DNA of 64,000 bases, from NCBI RefSeq assembly GCF_003918875.1, contig NW_025767135.1, positions 806,001-870,000 of the forward strand, read 5' to 3'. The notes under the pieces are model-generated. The model saw only the letters and a list, made by a program, of their open reading frames with translations. It ran no database searches and was not told the DNA's origin. This DNA is from Haliotis rubra (taxonomy: Eukaryota). Shown piece after piece: positions 58,586-64,000 of the stretch; positions within the stretch are counted from its first letter, which is position 1; each line of letters opens with the position of its first letter. The position numbers were made by a program, and so were the translations under genes.

Positions 58586-59501
58586 AACCGTGAAGATGCG
58601 GGTTAGAATCGATCTTCAGTAACCCATGCTTGTTGTAAGAGGCGACTAACGGGATTGGGTGGTCAGGCTCGCTGACTTGGTTCACACATGTCATCGTATC
58701 CCAGTTGTGTAGACCCATGCTCAGACTGTTGATCACTGGATTGTCTGGTCCAGACTCGATTATTTACAGACCGCCGCCATACAGCTGGAATATTGCTGAG
58801 TGCACTCACTCACTCACTCTCTATGTCAAGCTAAAATTATACGTTGATAAAAAATGGAGGGGTGAACTATGATCGATAACCATCAACCAGAACTTGTAGA
58901 TCTTATGTCAACAAGAAATGGCAAATCTTAAAAGGCTTAGCCATTTCTATTAAGAGGCTTTTAAATATTTAAATATGAAATGACATTTTCGTATGCTGTA
59001 TTCTCATGCTGAAAACCACATATCACCATGTCTTTGATCGTTCTCTGGGCCACGGGGTCGCCAACCCAGACTCAACAGTCTGTCTGTCGGTCGGTCTGTA
59101 TGCCTACAATTTCAGAATGACGGTATACAATAGGCCTGTTTTGTGGTTAGAAAATATTTACTATTTAAATATAGTGCGTCACGTTATTTATGAGGATACA
59201 AAAAAAATTGAATATTGTATTACGTCGCATGTAGCAATTCCAATATTACGGCAGGGGACACATGAAATTGGCTTTACGCAATGCAACCATATGGGGATTC
59301 GAACCTGAGCGTAGGTGAGTTTAGTTGTAGAGTGTGGCGTCTACTGAGCCAGGCCACCACCTGTTTGCCCACCAGAGTTGTGAGTGAGTATAGTTTTATG
59401 CCGCTTTAATCCATATTTCGCCCATATTTTACCCGGGTCGTCAGCGTGACGAGCGAACGCATTAACCAGTACTACCCCACAGCCCATCAGAGTTGAGGAG
59501 A

Positions 59502-59769
59502 CCCGTGAAGATCCGGGGTAGAATAGGTCTTCAGCAACCCATGTGCTTGCCATAAAAAGGCGACTATCTTGTCGTAAGAGGCGACTAACGGGATCGGGTG
59601 GTCAGTTTCGCTGACTTGGTTGACACATGTCATCGGTTCCCAATTGCGCAGATCGATGCTCATGCTGTTGATCACTGGGTTGTCTGGTCCAGACTCGATT
59701 ATTTACAGACCGCCGCCATATAGCTGGAATATTGCTGAGTGCGGCGTAAAACTAAACTCACTCACTCAC
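59502..59769 (+). mobile_element. Retroposon family B (no tRNA head, starts CCCGTGAAG), full-length with a 15-bp TSD
   Basis: TSD tcagagttgaggaga at 59487-59501 and 59770-59784. Shares its 3' tail with family A. Other copies: + 656, 6648, 7226, 12560, 42597, 58588; - 12414-12820, 14770, 23940, 28865, 33475, 33773. Confidence 0.9.
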
Positions 59770-61907
59770 TCAGAGTTGAGGAGATTCAGCCTAAATTAAC
59801 CTGGGTTAAACAAGGCTAATGTAGAACAGTTCCTACATATACCGCATAAAGTATAACCTTCGGGAAAAAACGCATGAAAAAATGGTCAGAAGATGAAGCA
59901 ACACTAGAGTATTACTATAACACACACCTATGAAAGGTTACACGGATAGTCCGGGTTCTAGTCCCAAAAAGGGCTCAGTATATGGAGACCATTTCAGGTG
60001 GACTCCGGAGTAGTGTAGTATCGTTATCAGCCAGGTAGATATATCGCCAACCTTACCATAATCCTAAAATATACCTTGACCAACTCACATTGTGCAGTAA
60101 ATTCTTTGATCACATACCGAAACCAACCAACAACGTTTCTGAAAGCGAAATAAAGGTCACACTAGTTGAAACGTTCGTAAAATATTATGAAGTTGTCAGT
60201 GAGCAATTCGGCAGAAATACCAGCGGTGATATTGCAATTAGCGACTGACTGACTGAGTTTGGTTTTAAGCCGCTTTTAGCTATATTCCAGCAACATCACG
60301 GCGGGGGACACCAGAAATGGGCTTCACACATTGTGCACATGTGGGGATTCGAACCCGGGTCTTCGGCGTGACAAGAGAACGCTTAAACCACTAGGCTACC
60401 CCACCGCCCCTACAATTAGCGAAGAATCAGTTTCAAGAGAACGTCCCATACATATCACACGCGTGGCGTGAATATGCAGGTTAACTAGTATTTTTATGTG
60501 AAGTGAATAATTTACGTTCAACTACATCCGATACCAACACACTGAACAAACTGTGAAAGAACTATTATATTTATATCATAAATCAAATAACCACCTGATA
60601 TAATCTTGACTGGAATTTTATCTAAAATATGAAATCGCCTAATGAAATGTTTGTGAAAAGTTTCTTCGGGCTTAAAAAAAAGAAAAGTGTTTGCTCCAAA
60701 ATAAATTGTTGGAAAATGTTTATATAGACATATATCTTCAACGCAATGTTTAAATAAAAGAAAATATCTCATTTGCTGGGAAAGCATACTCCCCAGGACT
60801 GACATCAACTAGGGGGCTCAATTAATCGAAGATATTCGGTGAACATAATGTTTAGTGCAACTTCGATCTTTTTCTTCTATGAAATAACAATTTAAAATTG
60901 TTTCATAAATGCATCGCCTCTAGTCTATCGGAAATATTCTCGTCAATAGTCTACTCAACTTTGGTGTCATGGGGAGTTGACGCCTTTCGACGCGTCAGGA
61001 ACCTCTGTTCGAATCCAGGTTCGCCTCGATTATGTTCTAGGTTTGACAGTCCCCTACTAGTGCTCATGTTATTTCACTACTGACGTATGCTAAAGTGCCG
61101 TGGTGCAGGTTACGTGAACTGTTGGAAAAAGCAGTCAGGAATACATGTATGCATTTGTATTCTTTCTACCTCCTTACAGAAGTGCATTTTTGTGCAGATT
61201 TGCCTCATTATAATCCCTGGGTGTCGTTGTACAAAACAACCTTAGCGCTAAGGCTACCTTAAGTCTGTGTCAAGGTATGGGAGTTACATTCACCTTTGCG
61301 CTAAGATCGCTTTGTACAACGGTACCCTGGTTTGTCAGCCCTACACCCGAGCTCGTGGCATGCACGGTTTGCAGTTGTAAGACGTATGACATTCCTCAAA
61401 CAGTAAGGAAAGACATCATAACGGACATATTCTTAAAAGCGCCGTGAAGGACAACTCTCTCAAGTTATAAACTTGTGTCTTCACTCTAGGGTTACAGTGC
61501 TAAGTGACTGTCCATTATTAAAAATATTTAACATATCTTCATCTCTGTGAAGGTAACATTAAATATCTGTAAGACCTGGTTAGCTATTCTCGAAACGTTC
61601 GTGGCCTACGAACGTGTTAAGCCCACTATTAACACATTGGCTACGATCAAAGTTAAGAATTCTTAGGGCTACGAACGTTTCGAGAATAAGGTCCCAGGCT
61701 CCTAAATATATCTGCCATTTGCGATTTGTATTTCTGGAAACCGGTTGTGATGACCTTGATCCAATTTTGAATCTTACAAATTGAAAACTATAATTTTGTC
61801 CAAAGCGATTATTAAACATATTATTACTGTGATGGCCTATGAGGACATTCAGTGAAGTATTATCTTCGATCAAGACTATATTATAGTATATATTGTCTTG
61901 GATTATA

Positions 61908-62099
61908 CTAATGTGTATAATAATGAGGGGTTAATACAGAACCTTGGGGTACACCAGTCAAGAGAGACTTGAGAACATCCTCCTGTATCAATGTATTTGT
62001 ACTTTCCTTCTCTGTTATCGAGGAACCGGTATTCACTAAAGCACTTAAAGCTATTAACTTCAGGTTCATTATTGAAGAATGAATATTATGCTTAGCCAT
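61908..62099 (-). pseudogene. Non-LTR retrotransposon reverse-transcriptase remnant
   Basis: TGVPQGSVLTP matches the GVPQGSVLGP RT motif; surrounding sequence is degenerate. Confidence 0.6.
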
Positions 62100-62187
62100 T
62101 GCTTAACGTTTTGAAGGCTTCCCTTTTTGCTCACAAAACAGTACTTGTCTTAACTACGTATGTATGCGTGCGTTTGTGCAATGAAAT

Positions 62188-62392
62188 NNNNNNNNNNNNN
62201 NNNNNNNNNNNNNNNNNNNNNNNNNNNNNNNNNNNNNNNNNNNNNNNNNNNNNNNNNNNNNNNNNNNNNNNNNNNNNNNNNNNNNNNNNNNNNNNNNNNN
62301 NNNNNNNNNNNNNNNNNNNNNNNNNNNNNNNNNNNNNNNNNNNNNNNNNNNNNNNNNNNNNNNNNNNNNNNNNNNNNNNNNNNNNNNNNNNN
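62188..62392. other. Assembly gap (N run)
   Basis: 205 N. Confidence 1.
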
Positions 62393-63560
62393 ATTCTGAT
62401 TCTGCTCGATAGCAGTTATGTTTAACATTTAATCATTCTATTTAATGACATATATGCATAAAACATATATACTTCAATAGTTTGGAGACAATAACAACCT
62501 TTAAATCAGTTAAATAATCACAAACAATCAGATAGACTTTTTAAACTCAACCAGTGCACACGTGTCAATCGCTATACAAACCAAACAGAAAAATTATACA
62601 AATAGTTCAATTGATGTATTCTCCCAGTAATTTTCATCCGCAATACTAATACTTTTAGTGTAGTATCACTGCTGTAAAAAATACCGTCGAAAATGTTACT
62701 AAACGACTCTCACAGACAAATAAATGACATTCAATAACGATACTTTATGTCCATATAATCAGGGAATTCATATTTGTGAGTGAAAGCGATTCAGCCCTTC
62801 TGGCCTATCAATCAATCTATATCAATATGAAGACTATTAACAACGAAACAATGCCCATACATTATCAGACAATGCTCACTGATAAAAGCTTGCTCTTCTT
62901 TGTCAACGAAAGCTCTCACAAATCGATTCTTCACCGGGTCATCATGGAATATTTACAACCACCGGCTATCCGACCCTTTGCAAAGCGATTGTTTTACTTC
63001 AGAAAAGGTGGAGATGTTTGAGATAGATATATATAGTCAATGTATTTACTACAAAATAGGCGAGACTGGCATTTAACACAAATATCCGAATCGCGTCTAC
63101 GAAAAGATGTTCAAACACGAACGAAAGCGTTCATATAACATATTACTTTGCGGAATGTATAATAAATAGAACTTATTATATTGTGGTTCAAGAGAGTACA
63201 TTTTTATTAAAAATAACTGAAGCATTAGTGAAAGAAAAAAATTGTCAAAGTCCATTTCTGGTGTCCGCTGTCATTCGGCTGGAATATTGCTGAAAGCATA
63301 GTTAAACAGCAAACACAAACCCAATTTGGGAGGATGACTCGGAATAGAGAAAATCAGAGACATTTAGCAGTTTGGCGAAATCCATGATGACGATGATAAC
63401 AACCCTTGCTTCATGTTTAAAGCGAATCTATAATTCCAACCGTCGGTTAGCGGATCCTTTATAACTAAGGGACGCAACTCCATACACTTTAACAACGTAT
63501 CCATCAAAGGCCCCGCTACCTGATATTAAGAGTTCAGAACCACTGAGGACCATTGGAAAG

Positions 63561-63563
63561 ACA

Positions 63564-63623
<60 letters not shown>

Positions 63624-63627
63624 CACA
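63561..63627. repeat. (GCAC)n microsatellite
   Basis: Perfect tetranucleotide run. Confidence 0.97.
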
Positions 63628-64000
63628 CCGTACCACGACCCGACTATGTGGACATTGGTTTTCTGGCCCAGGCCTTATCAATTAATTAGATGACATAGCG
63701 ATATTCACTCTCTCATTTATTGCTTCAATGTTTATTACCTCGATGCTTATCAACCTTCTTCAATAATAAATGAATTCACTGTTTTATTGCCAGTGTGTAT
63801 TAATATACTGCCATACTTATTGTCTCAGCTACATCGTGACATAAATCACGTATTTAAGGCAGACACTTCAGCTATGGTAAACAAGTCCAAAAACTGAATA
63901 TAAACAAACCTTTGTACCTTAGATGTATTTTCTTCCTATATTTTACGAATAAATGAGGTTTAGCGGAACGAACAGTACTCTTAATAGATTTCTCTGATAA

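Noticed and set aside
62099-62428. ORFs spanning the N run
   Set aside because: Artefacts of the assembly gap

Overview
Repeat-rich, AT-rich animal genomic DNA. It is probably a gastropod mollusc such as abalone (inferred from the SINE families and the calmodulin structure; not provable here). One complete protein-coding gene is present: a minus-strand calmodulin with 5 coding exons (32866-32868, 21712-21742, 17369-17512, 16350-16592, 13689-13717; 450 nt, 149 aa). It has a CpG-rich, initiator-type promoter near 33.0 kb and an AATAAA at 13307-13312. The rest is mostly repeats: four SINE-type families, two decayed Tc1 transposons with TIRs, many MITEs, LINE remnants, several minisatellites, a six-copy ~1.5-kb tandem array (44.8-55.2 kb) and an assembly gap. 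Main leads: (1) a possible series of phase-compatible alternative last exons for calmodulin that would replace the EF-hand-4 Glu140 and the C-terminal tail (unproven); (2) a headless retroposon with a fixed 5' end that folds into a compact pseudoknot; (3) a stray copy of the calmodulin intron3/exon4 junction plus its SINE at 42.9 kb; (4) strong SINE orientation bias inside the gene; (5) a TSD-less hairpin element inserted into one array unit.
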